Under the pieces are notes generated by a model. The model was not told the origin of the DNA and did not search any database. It was given only the letters and a program-made list of their open reading frames with translations. From Candidatus Methylomirabilia bacterium (GTDB taxonomy: Bacteria; Methylomirabilota; Methylomirabilia; Rokubacteriales; CSP1-6), in the NCBI GenBank assembly GCA_041496385.1, contig JBGQEL010000008.1, positions 1 to 64,000 on the forward strand: 64,000 nt of DNA, read 5' to 3'. Position 1 is the first letter of the stretch. Each line of letters starts with the position of its first letter. A program made the position numbers and the translations under genes. Shown here one piece after another: positions 1 to 12,193 of the stretch.

Positions 1-870
<870 letters not shown>

Positions 871-930
871 TTCCCGAACGCGGTCTCGCAGGGCGGCGTC
901 GTCACCGCGAGAGGCCGGCGGGCGCTCGAT

Positions 931-2232
931 CTACTTGAGGTGATCTTTGAACCAGGCCACGGTCGCCGCAGTCGCGCGTGCCAGTGCCGCGGGATCCTCG
1001 AAGAGGTGATCGCCGCGGGGGACGACCTCGAACGTGCGCGGACCGCCGAAGCGGCCGAGCAGCGGCGTGATCGCGGCCCGGATCGGCACGTCGTGCTCGC
1101 CGACGACGAGGAGCGTCGGCACGACGACGCGGGAGACCGAGTCTTCGGCGCCCGTCAGATTCGGAGAGCGGAGCGCCAGCGCGCGGATCCGGGTGTCACG
1201 CGCCGCGGCCAGGACTGCCACGGCGGCGCCGGAGCTCGCGCCAACGACCCCGAGCCGGTGGCCGTCCACGTCGTCGAGGGCCTCGAGCGCGTCGAGCGCG
1301 GCGGCGAGGTCGTCCACCTGTTGCTCTTGCGTCGAATCCTCCGGCGTCCCCTCGCTCTCGCCGTGGCCGGTGAAGTCGAAGAGGAAGGCGGCGAACCCCA
1401 GAGCGCGCAGCGCCTCGGCGACCGTCAGGTTACGCGGACTGTCCTTGCCGCTGCCCCGGCCGTGGGCGAAGACGACCACCGGATGAGGCTCGGGTGACGT
1501 CGGCACGAGGAGGCGGCCGGCCAGGGCGAAGCCGCGCGAGTTCTTGAAGAGGATACGCACGGCACCTCCGGCCGCCTCGCCGGGCCCCGCCGCGGCGGCC
1601 TTCCGCGCGCCGGCGAGCATCGCGATGACTTGCTCGTCCGAGACGGGCGAGAAATCGGCGTAGTACTGGCCGACGGCCCTGAAGTCCGGGTCCACCAGGA
1701 GGCTGACGAAACGGTCCGCGGCGTGCACGAACTCCCGCGCGGCGGGTTCGGAGGCGCAGGGCACCGCGACGATGATCTCGCGGGCGCCGTGACGGCGCGC
1801 GCACTCGAGGGCCGCCCGCATCGTGAGCCCGGTTGCGAGGCCATCGTCCACCAGGACCACGGCCGCGTTCGGGAGATAGTGCGCGAGCGCCGGCACACCG
1901 TAGGTCGTCATGCGACGCCGGATCTCCTTCGACACCCGTTCCTTCGCCCGCTCGACGTCGGCGGGCGTGAGCCCGAGCATGGCGACCGACCGCGACTCGA
2001 CGATCGTGTGACCGTCCTCGTCGATCGCGCCGAACGCGAACTCCGGGGAGATCGGGGCGGTGAGCTTCCGCGCGTACACGACCGTGAGCGGCAGACGAAA
2101 TCGTTCGACGATGGGCAAGGCGACGGCGACGCCGCCCCGCGGGATGCCGGCGATGACGCACGGCGGCTTCAGGATGGGCTCGAGCGCCTCCGCCAGCTTC
2201 GTGCCTGCGTCCGCGCGGTCGAGGAACTCCAT
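931..2232 (-). CDS. Phosphoribosyltransferase / alpha-beta hydrolase fusion
   Basis: N-terminal PRT (GIPRGG, VLVDDGLATGLTM); C-terminal hydrolase (FAHGRGS, GASSG nucleophile elbow, GDHLFE). Confidence 0.85.
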   Translation of the reverse strand: MEFLDRADAGTKLAEALEPILKPPCVIAGIPRGGVAVALPIVERFRLPLTVVYARKLTAPISPEFAFGAIDEDGHTIVESRSVAMLGLTPADVERAKERVSKEIRRRMTTYGVPALAHYLPNAAVVLVDDGLATGLTMRAALECARRHGAREIIVAVPCASEPAAREFVHAADRFVSLLVDPDFRAVGQYYADFSPVSDEQVIAMLAGARKAAAAGPGEAAGGAVRILFKNSRGFALAGRLLVPTSPEPHPVVVFAHGRGSGKDSPRNLTVAEALRALGFAAFLFDFTGHGESEGTPEDSTQEQQVDDLAAALDALEALDDVDGHRLGVVGASSGAAVAVLAAARDTRIRALALRSPNLTGAEDSVSRVVVPTLLVVGEHDVPIRAAITPLLGRFGGPRTFEVVPRGDHLFEDPAALARATAATVAWFKDHLK

Positions 2233-2235
2233 GCC

Positions 2236-2703
2236 CTAATCTGGTTCGGTCCTCTGCCGACGGCCCAGCATCGCCTGGGCGAAGCACGCGAGTATGTCGC
2301 TCTGGGTGAGAATCCCGATGACGTGTCCATCCTCGACGACCGGCAACGCGCCGATGCCGCGGTCGGCCATGAGGCGTGTTGCCTCATTTAGAGGCACCAT
2401 GGGGCCGACAGTCACGACCGGCATGCTCATGATTGCCGCGACGGCATCGACCTGCGGCCCCATTCTCCGCCGCGTTCCCAGCACGTCGTCCGTATTCACT
2501 ATCCCGACTAGCGTCGCGTGATCATCGACGACGGGAAGGTAATGGATCTCGTTCGCCGCCATCATGCGCATCGCCTCACCAAGCCGCGCGCTCGCCGGCA
2601 CGGTGATCGCGGGCCGGGACATTCGATCGTGGACACACATCCCGTCGATCCACGAAGGCTCCTCGGTGGGACCCGTTGCCGGATCGATGCGTACGTGCCT
2701 CAT
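2236..2703 (-). CDS. CBS domain protein
   Basis: Two CBS repeats (IHYLPVVD..LVGIVN; IGALPVVE..VIGILTQSDI). Confidence 0.85.
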   Translation of the reverse strand: MRHVRIDPATGPTEEPSWIDGMCVHDRMSRPAITVPASARLGEAMRMMAANEIHYLPVVDDHATLVGIVNTDDVLGTRRRMGPQVDAVAAIMSMPVVTVGPMVPLNEATRLMADRGIGALPVVEDGHVIGILTQSDILACFAQAMLGRRQRTEPD

Positions 2704-2746
2704 TACCCTTCTCGCGCTGCCCCGTCTTCAGCACGTTGGGAGCTGT

Positions 2747-2761
2747 GCACAGGCCATGCCC
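2747..2761 (-). promoter_or_regulatory. Possible sigma-54 promoter (degenerate) for the CBS/PRT genes
   Basis: Minus strand GGGCAT-GGCCT-GTGC; GG and GC correctly spaced, ~45 nt upstream of the CBS start. Confidence 0.4.
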
Positions 2762-2840
2762 GAGTCAAGATCCGCACCGAAGCGGGGTCGCGTCTCGGCG
2801 CTGCCGCCGCCGCTCACAGATGCTCAGGAGCGCGGGAACC

Positions 2841-2855
2841 TGGCACGACGGCTGC
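2841..2855 (+). promoter_or_regulatory. Putative sigma-54 promoter upstream of prs
   Basis: TGGCAC-GACGG-CTGC, one mismatch to TGGCAC-N5-TTGC. Confidence 0.5.
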
Positions 2856-3126
2856 CATCATGATCGCCGGGGGCGACATCGCGACCGCTAAGTACGTGCA
2901 ATGGATGCGAGACGACGGCGGCTGAGCCGCTCGCGCCTCCAAGGAATTCGAGAAGAAGGCTCCAACACCAGGAGATGATGACCATCGATGGCTCTCCGAC
3001 GACCGGTCGCGCCGGGAATTTTTCGGGGACGAGAGATGCGGCACTGGCGCCCCATCTGGGGCGAAACGGCCCGATTACCAGCCCTCGGCCGCGCGCGGCA
3101 GGCGGTAGCCCCGCCGGGGCGATGAC

Positions 3127-4053
3127 ATGACGGCAACCAGTGCTTCGAGGGTCCTGTACGCACTCCCGATCCACCGACGCCTGGCCGGCACCCTCCAGGA
3201 GCTCGCCCGCATCGAGGCTGGCGGTTCGGCGATCAGCCGGTTCTCGAACGGCGAGCTGCACGTCGAGCTCGAAGCGGCGCCCGCGGGGCGCGACTGCATC
3301 GTGCTGGGCGCGGTCGCGCCGCCCGACGAGCACCTGCTGTCGACCTTGCTTCTTAGCCACACCCTGAGGAAGGAGGGCGCCGGAAGGATCACGGCCTGCC
3401 TGCCCTACCTGGGGTACGCACGGCACGACCGCGACGAGTCCAGAAAGAGCCGGGCGACGGCGTGGCTCGGCGAGGTCCTGCGCGCCTCCGGGGTCGACGC
3501 CGTGGTCACCATCGACGTCCACTCGAGCCTCGTCCACGAGCTCTTCCCCATCCCGGTGCTTTCGATCTCGCCTGCCGCCCTCTTCGCCGGCGCGATCCTC
3601 GAGCTCCCGCCGAGCGAACCGGTCGTCGTCGCGCCCGACGAGGGCGCGCTCGAGCGATGCGAGGCGCTGCGCCGAGCGGCCGGTATCCGGCGCCCGCTGG
3701 GGTATCTCACGAAGACGCGGACGCCCGAGGGCGTGAGGCATTCGACCCTGCACGGCGCGGTCGGCCCGCAGGTCGTCCTCGTGGACGACATCCTCGACAC
3801 CGGCGGCACGCTCCTGTCCGCGTGCGAGACCCTTCAGGGCGCCGGCGTCCGCGAGATCGTCGTCATGGCCACGCACGGATTGTTCACCGGGACCGCCTGG
3901 CAGCGCCTGTGGTCGCTCGGCGTCACCCGCATCTACACGACCGACAGCACGCCACCCCCGGGGGCCCTGATCTCCGACCAGATCGTCGTGCTGCCCGTCG
4001 CGCCACTGCTCGCCGACGCCCTGAGCACCCCGATCGCAACACGGAGCGGATGA
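3127..4053 (+). CDS. prs: Ribose-phosphate pyrophosphokinase (divergent paralog)
   Basis: FSNGELHV, LPYLGYARHDR, VAPDEGA, LVDDILDTGGTL, ATHGLF. Confidence 0.88.
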   Translation: MTATSASRVLYALPIHRRLAGTLQELARIEAGGSAISRFSNGELHVELEAAPAGRDCIVLGAVAPPDEHLLSTLLLSHTLRKEGAGRITACLPYLGYARHDRDESRKSRATAWLGEVLRASGVDAVVTIDVHSSLVHELFPIPVLSISPAALFAGAILELPPSEPVVVAPDEGALERCEALRRAAGIRRPLGYLTKTRTPEGVRHSTLHGAVGPQVVLVDDILDTGGTLLSACETLQGAGVREIVVMATHGLFTGTAWQRLWSLGVTRIYTTDSTPPPGALISDQIVVLPVAPLLADALSTPIATRSG

Positions 4054-4064
4054 GGAGCGCAGGA

Positions 4065-5249
4065 CTAGATCACGCGATTGGCGCGGCCCGCCTCCACGAA
4101 CGCCGCCACCGCTTGCTCGAGATGAGCCTGCTCGTGCGCGGCGCTGATCTGCACGCGGATGCGCGCCTCACCCATCGGGACCACCGGGTAGGAGAAGCCG
4201 ACCACGTAGATCCCCTTGTCCAGCAGATCGGCCGCCATCTGGTGGGCGAGCCGAGCGTCGCCCAGCATGATGGGGACGATCGGATGCTGGCCCGGGCGGA
4301 TCGCGAAGCCCGCCTCGGTCATGGCGCGGCAGAACCAGCGCGTGTTGGCCGCGAGCCGGTCTCGGCGCGCGGTGGTTTCCGAGAGCATCTCGAGGCAGGT
4401 CAGGGCTGCGCAGACGAGCGCGGGCGCCAGGGTATTCGAGAAGAGATAGGGCCGCGAGCGCTGGCGCAGGAGCTCGACGATCTCGCCGCGGCTGGCCGTG
4501 AAGCCCCCGCTGGCGCCGCCCAGGGCCTTGCCGAGCGTCGACGTGACGATGTCGACGCGGCCGGCGACCCCGCAATGCTCGGGCGTGCCCCGGCCGGTAG
4601 GGCCGAAGAACCCGGTTGCGTGACTGTCGTCCACCATGACCAGCGCGCCGTGGCGGTCGGCGAGGTCGCAGATGCTGCCGAGCGGCGCCACGTCGCCGTC
4701 CATGGAGAAGACCCCGTCGGTGGCGATCAGGCGCGTCCGGGCGCCCCGCGTGGCCTCGAGGATCTTTTCGAGATCCGCCATGTCCGCGTGCGCGTAGCGG
4801 CGGCGCGCGGCCCGGCAGAGTCGGATGCCATCGATGATGGACGCGTGGTTGAGCGCGTCGGAGATGACGACGTCGGCCTCGCCGAGGAGCGTCTCGAACA
4901 GACCCCCGTTGGCGTCGAAGCAGGAGGTGTAGAGGATGGCGGCCTCGGTGCTCAGGAAGCGGGCGATGGCGGCCTCGAGCTCCTTGTGGATGCTCTGCGT
5001 GCCGCAGATGAAGCGCACGCTCGCCATGCCGAAGCCCCAGCGGGCGAGTCCCTCCTGGGCCGCGCGGATCAGCCGAGGGTCGTTGGCCAGGCCGAGGTAG
5101 TTGTTGGCGGAGAAGTTCAGCACTTCGCGTCCGCCGACGGCGACCCGGGCCCCCTGCGGGCCATCGATGACGCGCTCGCCCTTCCAGAGACCGGCGCTGC
5201 GGATCTCGTCGAGCTCGGCCCGGAGCCGCGTCCTGACGTCCCCGTACAT
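4065..5249 (-). CDS. kbl: Glycine C-acetyltransferase (2-amino-3-ketobutyrate CoA ligase)
   Basis: [46 protein letters not shown] (PLP Lys); start taken at ATG 5249. Confidence 0.93.
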   Translation of the reverse strand: MYGDVRTRLRAELDEIRSAGLWKGERVIDGPQGARVAVGGREVLNFSANNYLGLANDPRLIRAAQEGLARWGFGMASVRFICGTQSIHKELEAAIARFLSTEAAILYTSCFDANGGLFETLLGEADVVISDALNHASIIDGIRLCRAARRRYAHADMADLEKILEATRGARTRLIATDGVFSMDGDVAPLGSICDLADRHGALVMVDDSHATGFFGPTGRGTPEHCGVAGRVDIVTSTLGKALGGASGGFTASRGEIVELLRQRSRPYLFSNTLAPALVCAALTCLEMLSETTARRDRLAANTRWFCRAMTEAGFAIRPGQHPIVPIMLGDARLAHQMAADLLDKGIYVVGFSYPVVPMGEARIRVQISAAHEQAHLEQAVAAFVEAGRANRVI

Positions 5250-5290
5250 GCCCTTCTCCCTCGGCCGGGCGCGCCGGCCGGACCGCCCGC

Positions 5291-6316
5291 TCAGCTCCCA
5301 GCGTAGCGGCGTTTGACGTTCGGCAGCAGGTACTCGTTGAAGGCGCGATCCAGATCGTAGGCCGGGCTGAACTGCCAGTCCCGACGCGCCCGCGCATCGT
5401 CGACGTCCTCGGGCCACGAGTCCACGATGGCCTGTCGTCGCGGATCCGGCGCGAACGTGATCTGCGCCGCCGGGAATGCGCTTCGAACCCGACCCGCGAG
5501 CTCGCCGGCGGTGGGGCTGAAGGCCGAGACGTTGTATGCCAGGGTCGTCAGCGACTCGGCCGGAGCCTCCATCAGCGCGAGCAGGGCTTGGATCGCGTCC
5601 GGCATCGCCATCAGGGGAATGCGCGTGTCCTCACGGACGAAGCAGGCGTAGGGCCGCCGCTGCGATGCAGCGTGGATCATCTCCGGCGCGTAGTCGCTCG
5701 TTCCCCCGCTGGGCACCGTGAACGCCGAGATCAGCCCCGGGAAGCGGATCGCCCGGAAATCGACGCCGCTGGAGCCGCCCTGTGGGGCGAGCTGGCGGTA
5801 GTGGCGGGCGAAGTAGCGCCCCAGGTGCTCGCAATAGAGCTTGTTGCAGCCGTACATGGTGACCGGCGTCAGCCACTCGTGCTCGGCGACCTTGCCCGCC
5901 GCGCGCTTGGCGGCCAGATCCGGAAGCCCGTAGACCGCGACGGAGCTCGGGAAGAGGAACTTGACCGCGCCGCCCAGCGACCGCGCCTCCTCGACCGCGA
6001 CGCGGAGCAGGTTCAGCGTGCCCTGAACGTTGACCTCGTGGGCCGTCTCCGGAACGAACTCCGCCCGGGTCGAGAGGAGCGCCGCCAGGTGGAAGACGAC
6101 GGAGATCTCGAACTCGCTCATCAGCCGCTCGAGCAGGCGGTGGTCGAGGATGTCGCCGACCCGCGTCGCCGCGCAGCATCGGGCCAGCTCGGGGTCCAGG
6201 GCTCGGATGTCGAGCGCCAGAACGTCGAAGGTGCCGAGCTCGGCGAGCCGATGGATCAGGCCGTGTCCCATCTCGCCGCTCGCGCCGGTCACGAGGACTA
6301 CGGGCCGGCGTGCCAT
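5291..6316 (-). CDS. NAD-dependent epimerase/dehydratase-type L-threonine 3-dehydrogenase
   Basis: TGASGEMG Rossmann motif, [23 protein letters not shown]; directly upstream of kbl. Confidence 0.8.
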   Translation of the reverse strand: MARRPVVLVTGASGEMGHGLIHRLAELGTFDVLALDIRALDPELARCCAATRVGDILDHRLLERLMSEFEISVVFHLAALLSTRAEFVPETAHEVNVQGTLNLLRVAVEEARSLGGAVKFLFPSSVAVYGLPDLAAKRAAGKVAEHEWLTPVTMYGCNKLYCEHLGRYFARHYRQLAPQGGSSGVDFRAIRFPGLISAFTVPSGGTSDYAPEMIHAASQRRPYACFVREDTRIPLMAMPDAIQALLALMEAPAESLTTLAYNVSAFSPTAGELAGRVRSAFPAAQITFAPDPRRQAIVDSWPEDVDDARARRDWQFSPAYDLDRAFNEYLLPNVKRRYAGS

Positions 6317-6320
6317 CCGA

Positions 6321-7358
6321 TCAGCAGATCCTCGGCAAGATCTCTCCGGGATGAAGATCCACGACTCGAGTGCCCCCGATCCCCGTCCGCATCACGACCA
6401 TCTTCGGATGCTGCTCGGTGACGGTGCCGACGACGGACGCCTGCGCCCCGAGCGGATGCCGCCGCATTCGCTCGACGATGGCGTCGGCCTCCTCCGGACC
6501 CACGATCGCCACGAGTTTGCCCTCGTTCGCGACGTAGAGAGGGTCGAGGCCGAGGAGCTCGCACGCCGCGTGCACCGCCGGCCGCACCCGGATCTGCTCC
6601 TCGTCGATCTCGATGCCGACGCCCGAGGCGAGCGCGAGCTCGTTCAGCGTGGAGGCGAGACCGCCCCGGGTGGGGTCACGGAGACAGCGGACCTCCGACG
6701 CGCGCTCGAGTATGACGGCGACCAGGCCGTTGAGCGGCGCCGTGTCGCTCTCGATCTCGGTCTCGAACTCGAAGCCCTCCCGGCGGGACATGACTGCCAT
6801 CCCGTGGTCACCGATGGTGCCGCTCAGGATGATGCGGTCGCCGGGGCGCGCCTGATTGGCCGAGAGCAGCCGCTGGTGCTCGACGGCGCCGATGCCGGCC
6901 GTGTTGATGAAGCACTGATCGCCGCTCCCCTTGTTGACGACCTTCGTGTCGCCGGTGACCAGGAGCACACCCGCCTCCCGACAGGCAGCCTGCATCGAAT
7001 CGAGGATCGCCGCAAGGTCGTCGAGCGGGAGCCCCTCCTCGAGGATGAACCCGGCGCTGAGGAACAGCGGCCGGGCCCCGGCCATCGCGAGGTCGTTGAC
7101 CGTGCCGTTCACGGCGAGGCGGCCGATGTCGCCGCCCGGAAAGAAGAGCGGGCGCACCACGAACGAGTCGGTCGTGAAGGCGAGTCGCTGCCCGGCGATC
7201 TCCACGACCGCCTGGTCGTCGAGGCGATCGAGGTAGGGATTCGTGAAGCGCGGCAGGAAGAAGCGGTGGACGAGGTCGGCCGACATCCGCCCGCCGCTTC
7301 CGTGCCCCAGGAGCACGCGCGCGGACTCGGTCAGTGGCAGCGGGCAGGAAAGATCCAT
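6321..7358 (-). CDS. hypE: Hydrogenase maturation carbamoyl dehydratase HypE
   Basis: HGSGG, TTDSFVVRPLFFPGGDIG, RDPTRGG, C-terminal LPRIC. Confidence 0.96.
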   Translation of the reverse strand: MDLSCPLPLTESARVLLGHGSGGRMSADLVHRFFLPRFTNPYLDRLDDQAVVEIAGQRLAFTTDSFVVRPLFFPGGDIGRLAVNGTVNDLAMAGARPLFLSAGFILEEGLPLDDLAAILDSMQAACREAGVLLVTGDTKVVNKGSGDQCFINTAGIGAVEHQRLLSANQARPGDRIILSGTIGDHGMAVMSRREGFEFETEIESDTAPLNGLVAVILERASEVRCLRDPTRGGLASTLNELALASGVGIEIDEEQIRVRPAVHAACELLGLDPLYVANEGKLVAIVGPEEADAIVERMRRHPLGAQASVVGTVTEQHPKMVVMRTGIGGTRVVDLHPGEILPRIC

Positions 7359-7369
7359 CGGGCTCCCCC

Positions 7370-8470
7370 TCAGGCGTGAGCGACCCGGTAGCGGCCGTAG
7401 TGGTAGTAGGCGGCGCAGGCCCCCTCCGACGACACCATCGGTGCGCCGAGTGGTCGCTCGGGCGTGCACACGGCGCCGAACGCCGGGCAGTCGCTCGGTT
7501 TCTTCTGCCCGCGAAGCACGAGGCCGGCGATGCAGACCGACGGCTCCTCGGTCGTGACGCCGCCCACCGGGAAGCGACGCTCGGCGTCGAAGGCCGCGAA
7601 GCGCTCGCTCACGCGGAGGCCGCTCCTGGGAATCTCGCCGATGCCTCGCCACTTGCGGTCGCACACCTGGAAGGCCTCCTCGAGCACGGCCCTGGCCGTC
7701 AGGTTCCCCTCGCGGCGCACCGAGCGCGTGTACTGGTTCTCGACCTCGGCGCGGCCGCTCTCGAGCTGCCGCACGGCCAGCAGCGTGCCCTGGACGATGT
7801 CGAGCGGCTCGAACCCCGTGACGACGAGCGGTACGCCGTAGCGCGCGGCGATCGGCTCGTACTCCGTCCAGCCCATCACCGTGCAGACGTGCCCGGCCGC
7901 GAGGAACGCCTCTACCCGGTTATCGGCGGACGCCAGCAGCGCCTCGATCGCGGGCGGCACCAGGACATGCGAGACCAGCATCGAGAAGTTCCCCAGCCCG
8001 AGGCGCGCCGCCTGGAGGATCGCCATCGCGTTGGCGGGTGCGGTCGTCTCGAAGCCGATGCCGAAGAAGACGACCTCGCGATCAGGCCGCGCCTGGGCCA
8101 GCCGCACGGCGTCGAGTGGCGAGTAGACCGCACGGACGTCGCCGCCCGCCGACTTCACGCGCAGCAGGTCGGACGCCGAGCCGGGCACCCGGAGCATGTC
8201 GCCGAAGGAGACGAAGGTGACCTCGGGGCGTGACGCGATGGCGATCGCCCGGTCGATCATCTCGAGTGGCGTGACGCACACGGGGCACCCGGGCCCATGG
8301 ACGAGGTGGATCTCCCCGGGGAGCATCTCGTCGAGCCCGTTCTTGACGATCGCGTGGGTCTGGCCGCCGCAGATCTCCATGATCGTCCACGGCCGCGTCA
8401 CCGTGCGCCGGATCTCGTCGATCACCCGGCGGACGAGCGTGCCGTCGCGGAACTCGCTGACGTACCTCAC
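7370..8470 (-). CDS. hypD: Hydrogenase maturation protein HypD
   Basis: [41 protein letters not shown] start overlaps the hypC stop. Confidence 0.96.
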   Translation of the reverse strand: MRYVSEFRDGTLVRRVIDEIRRTVTRPWTIMEICGGQTHAIVKNGLDEMLPGEIHLVHGPGCPVCVTPLEMIDRAIAIASRPEVTFVSFGDMLRVPGSASDLLRVKSAGGDVRAVYSPLDAVRLAQARPDREVVFFGIGFETTAPANAMAILQAARLGLGNFSMLVSHVLVPPAIEALLASADNRVEAFLAAGHVCTVMGWTEYEPIAARYGVPLVVTGFEPLDIVQGTLLAVRQLESGRAEVENQYTRSVRREGNLTARAVLEEAFQVCDRKWRGIGEIPRSGLRVSERFAAFDAERRFPVGGVTTEEPSVCIAGLVLRGQKKPSDCPAFGAVCTPERPLGAPMVSSEGACAAYYHYGRYRVAHA

Positions 8471-8730
8471 GCGCCTCCCGCCTCCATCTCGCGGAGCTCG
8501 GTCCCGAGGAGGCCGGCGTCCCGGAGGAACTCGAGCGACCGGCGCGCCTCGACCTCGTCGAGACGCCCGATGGCGAAGCCGACGTGGATGACTGTGTACT
8601 CGCCGACCTGGGCGTCCGGCACGTATTCGAGGCACGCTTCCTTGACGACGCCGCCGAAGTCCACGCGCCCCATGCGGAGCCCAGCGACCTCGTAGGTCTC
8701 CACGATTTTCCCCGGCACGCCGAGACACAT
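8467..8730 (-). CDS. hypC: Hydrogenase chaperone HypC
   Basis: [10 protein letters not shown]-terminus, VIHVGFAI. Confidence 0.96.
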   Translation of the reverse strand: MCLGVPGKIVETYEVAGLRMGRVDFGGVVKEACLEYVPDAQVGEYTVIHVGFAIGRLDEVEARRSLEFLRDAGLLGTELREMEAGGA

Positions 8731-8744
8731 GATCCTGCTCCTTC

Positions 8745-11018
8745 CTAGCCGAGCCGCGCGTGGGCGACCGCGGCCTGGCCGAGCGCTATCCCGCCGTCGT
8801 TGGGCGGGACCAGATGATGGCTGAACACCTCGAAGCCGGCGCCCGCCAGCGCGCGGCGCGTGGCGGCGAGCAGGGTGACGTTCTGGAACACGCCTCCGCT
8901 CATCACGACGCGCCCGATCCCCGTTCGGCCGCGGAGCCAGTCGCACACGCGGAGGGTCATCGAGACGACGCTCGCGTGGAAGCGCGCCGCGATCACCGGG
9001 ACGGCGACGCCACGCTCGAGGTCGTGGACGACGCCCCGGATCACCGGGATCGGGTCGATCACGGCCGGCTCGCCCGCCGCGAGCTCGACGGGATAGCCGC
9101 CGTGCTCGCCGGGAGCGACCAGCGCCTCCAGCTCGATGGCGGCCTGGGCCTCGTAGCGCGCCCGGTGACGGACGCCGAGGAGCGAGGCGACGGCGTCGAA
9201 GAGCCGGCCCATGCTGGACGCCGGCGGCGCGTTCACGGCGCGCTCGAGCTGGCGCGCGATGATCCGGCGCTCCTCGTCCGTCGCGGCGGCGACCGGGGGC
9301 AGCGCGGGGTCCCAGCCGCCGAACGCGCGCGCGAGATGGGCCAGCGCCATCCGGAAGGGCTCGCGCACCGCGAGGTCGCCGCCCGGCATCGGCACGTACG
9401 CGAGGTGGGCCACGCGCTCGAATCCGGCATATTCGGCGACGAGGAACTCGCCGCCCCAGACGGCCCCGTCCGTGCCGTAGCCCGTCCCGTCAAACGCCAC
9501 GCCGATCACGGGACCGGCGAGGCGGTGCTCGGCCATGCACGCGGCGACGTGCGCGTGGTGGTGCTGAACGGCGATGCGCGGCAACGCCGGATCGAGCCCG
9601 CGCGCGACGCGCGTCGACAGGTAGGCCGGGTGCAGGTCGTGAGCGACGGCCTCGGGATGGACCCGGAAAAGCGCCGTCATGTGGTCGATCATGGTGACGT
9701 ACGAGGCGTACGTCTCGTAGTTCTCCAGATCGCCGATGTGGGGAGAGAGGAACGCGTAGGGGCCACGGGCCAGGCACACGGTGCTCTTGAGCTCGGCGCC
9801 GCACGCGAGGATCGGCCGCGTCTCGAACGGCAGCCGCACGGGGAACGGAGCGTAGCCGCGCGAGCGGCGAATGGGAAGCTCGCCGCCCGCTGCGACGCGC
9901 GTCACCGAGTCGTCACAGCGCGTCTGGATGGGACGGTCGTGCAGGAGAAAGGCGTCGGCGATGGTCCCGAGGCGGGCGCGCGCCTCGGTGTTGTCGGGCG
10001 CGATGGGCTCCTCGCTCCGGTTCCCGCTTGTCAGCACGATCGCCTCCGGGCAGCGCTCGTGGCCGCTCCAGAGCAGATGGTGGAGCGGCGCGTACGGAAG
10101 CATGAGCCCGAGAGTATCCACCCCCGGGGCGACCGAGGGCGCGATGCCCGAGCCCGGGCGCTCCGTCAGGATGACGATCGGACGAGCCGGCGAGCCGAGG
10201 AGCCGCCCTTCCTCCTCGGAGATCACGCACAGACGCCGGGCGGTGGCGGCGTCAGGGACCATGAGGGCGAGCGGTTTCGCCTCGCGCCCCTTCCGCTCCC
10301 TGAGCCGCCGTACCGCGGCGTCGTCGGTCGCGTCGCACGCGAGGTGGAAGCCGCCGATGCCCTTGATGGCCACGATACGGCCGGAGGCGAGGAGCCGCCG
10401 AATCTCCGTGAGCGGGTCGCCCGGGAGCGGTTGACCTGCCGGGTCCACGAGCGCCAGGCGCGGGCCGCACGCGGCGCACGCGTTCGGCTGGGCGTGGAAG
10501 CGACGGTCCGCCGGGTCCTCATACTCCGCGCGACACTCGGGGCACATCGTGAAGCCCGCCATCGTCGTGTTCGGCCGGTCGTACGGGATCGCACGGATGA
10601 TCGTGAAGCGCGGCCCGCAGTGCGTGCAGTTCGTGAACGGGTAGCCGAAACGCCGATCGCCCGGGTCCAGGACCTCACGCAGGCACGCCGGGCAGGTCGC
10701 GACGTCGGGCGAGATCGGCTGGAAGCCCTCACCGTCCGACGATGGGTCGATCTCGAAGGCATGGACGCCGCGCGGCTCGAGCTCGTCGACCTGGACGTCG
10801 TCGATGTGGGCCAGGGGAGGCGCGTCGGCCACGAGATTTTCGAGGAACTCGTCGACCGCGTCCGTCGTACCCTCGACGTCGATTTCCACTCCCGCCGACG
10901 TATTGCGCACCGTCCCGGCAAGACCGAGCCGGCGGGCGAGCTTGTACACGAACGGGCGGAAGCCCACCCCCTGCACCACGCCGCGCACGGACACCCGGGA
11001 CGCCACGATCGTCGTCAT
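8745..11018 (-). CDS. hypF: Carbamoyltransferase HypF
   Basis: Acylphosphatase domain [11 protein letters not shown], Zn fingers, [17 protein letters not shown]. Confidence 0.96.
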   Translation of the reverse strand: MTTIVASRVSVRGVVQGVGFRPFVYKLARRLGLAGTVRNTSAGVEIDVEGTTDAVDEFLENLVADAPPLAHIDDVQVDELEPRGVHAFEIDPSSDGEGFQPISPDVATCPACLREVLDPGDRRFGYPFTNCTHCGPRFTIIRAIPYDRPNTTMAGFTMCPECRAEYEDPADRRFHAQPNACAACGPRLALVDPAGQPLPGDPLTEIRRLLASGRIVAIKGIGGFHLACDATDDAAVRRLRERKGREAKPLALMVPDAATARRLCVISEEEGRLLGSPARPIVILTERPGSGIAPSVAPGVDTLGLMLPYAPLHHLLWSGHERCPEAIVLTSGNRSEEPIAPDNTEARARLGTIADAFLLHDRPIQTRCDDSVTRVAAGGELPIRRSRGYAPFPVRLPFETRPILACGAELKSTVCLARGPYAFLSPHIGDLENYETYASYVTMIDHMTALFRVHPEAVAHDLHPAYLSTRVARGLDPALPRIAVQHHHAHVAACMAEHRLAGPVIGVAFDGTGYGTDGAVWGGEFLVAEYAGFERVAHLAYVPMPGGDLAVREPFRMALAHLARAFGGWDPALPPVAAATDEERRIIARQLERAVNAPPASSMGRLFDAVASLLGVRHRARYEAQAAIELEALVAPGEHGGYPVELAAGEPAVIDPIPVIRGVVHDLERGVAVPVIAARFHASVVSMTLRVCDWLRGRTGIGRVVMSGGVFQNVTLLAATRRALAGAGFEVFSHHLVPPNDGGIALGQAAVAHARLG

Positions 11019-11545
11019 CGCAGCTGCCCCGCCTCCGGCGCTTTCCACCAGACGGGCGGCGGCGCCGCCTCCGCCAGCGTGCGTCCCGGGACGTCCCAGT
11101 CCGCGAGCGTTCCCAGCACCTTCGCCTCGAGCAGCGGAAGCGCCGCTTCCACACGCGGCGAGAAGCCGGTGCCGGGGTCGAGCCGTTCGGGCTCCATCCC
11201 CCAGAGGACGACGTGCGGGGGTGCTATGCCCATGAGCCGAGCCGCCGCGAGAAGATCCCGCACGCCGATCTGGTGGGGCGAGACCTTGACGTCGAGCACC
11301 GCCGGCACCTCGTCGCCCTCGAGCCTCACGATGTCACCGGGCGCCCGCCCGAGCTTCACGGCGTCGATCAAGAGGAGACGTTCGACGCCGTCCAGGTGGG
11401 GCAGGAGATCGAGCCCGAGCGTGCCGCCCTCGAGCACGGTGACTTCCGGAGGGAACTTGAACCGGCGTCCCAGCGACTCGGCCACCCAGACGCCGACCCC
11501 CTCGTCACGGAGGATGATGTTGCCGAGGCCCAGCACCAGGATCAT
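11015..11545 (-). CDS. Hydrogenase maturation endopeptidase (HyaD/HybD family)
   Basis: MILVLGLGNIILRDEGVG, EGGTLG, IDAV, SPHQIG. Confidence 0.93.
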   Translation of the reverse strand: MILVLGLGNIILRDEGVGVWVAESLGRRFKFPPEVTVLEGGTLGLDLLPHLDGVERLLLIDAVKLGRAPGDIVRLEGDEVPAVLDVKVSPHQIGVRDLLAAARLMGIAPPHVVLWGMEPERLDPGTGFSPRVEAALPLLEAKVLGTLADWDVPGRTLAEAAPPPVWWKAPEAGQLR

Positions 11546-12183
11546 GGGCGCCGGCGCGCGAATTTGTAGCCGCTGAAGATGCTCGTCATCAGGCCGCTCT
11601 TCTCCTCGACGTCCATGAGGAGCGAGCTGTAGACGTGGTGCACCATGAAACCCAGCAGCATCCACATGATCATGTGATGAACGAGGCGGACGCTTTGCTG
11701 GCCGGCCACCGAGAATACCCAGCCGAAAGCGACGGTTCGCCAGCCGGTGGTGCCGAGCGATTGAAGGGCAAAGCCCGTCAGGATCTCGAGAAACATCAGG
11801 GAGACGACCGCGGAGTACGCGAGTCCCGCCAGGGGGTTGTGACCGATCGTACGCGGCGACTCCCGGCGCAGAAACGTGTAATAGAGGAGCGTTCGGGCGA
11901 CTCCGCGCCGGCCCTCCCGCCAGAAATACGGAAAGAGCTCGCGCCACGACGCCCATCGGTTGCCCGCGAACGCCCAGTAGGTCCGGAGCGCGAGACTCGC
12001 GATGAGCACGTAGGCCGTGATGCGGTGGACGCCGCGCACCCAGGCCATCAGGGACACGGAGCCGCCGAGGACCGGAGTGCCGACGTAGAAACCGGTGGCG
12101 GAGAGGACGAGGATCGCGAGCACGTTCACCCAGTGCGTGAGCCGGACCGGGACTTCCCAGACGTAGACGCGCTCGGTGGCCAT
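11542..12183 (-). CDS. Ni/Fe-hydrogenase b-type cytochrome subunit (HyaC family)
   Basis: YVWEVPVRLTHW, GHNPLAG, RLVHH, MVHHVY; four hydrophobic helices. Confidence 0.92.
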   Translation of the reverse strand: MATERVYVWEVPVRLTHWVNVLAILVLSATGFYVGTPVLGGSVSLMAWVRGVHRITAYVLIASLALRTYWAFAGNRWASWRELFPYFWREGRRGVARTLLYYTFLRRESPRTIGHNPLAGLAYSAVVSLMFLEILTGFALQSLGTTGWRTVAFGWVFSVAGQQSVRLVHHMIMWMLLGFMVHHVYSSLLMDVEEKSGLMTSIFSGYKFARRRP

Positions 12184-12193
12184 CGCTCGCCTC

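Noticed and set aside
2975..3130. 51-aa ORF overlapping the prs start
   Set aside because: ATGA overlap is suggestive, but composition is not protein-like and the RBS spacing is poor
8760..11576. Very long antisense or alternative-frame ORFs (e.g. 8760-11576, 29568-32075, 59745-62363)
   Set aside because: Shadow ORFs expected in high-GC DNA; they overlap well-supported genes and carry no motifs
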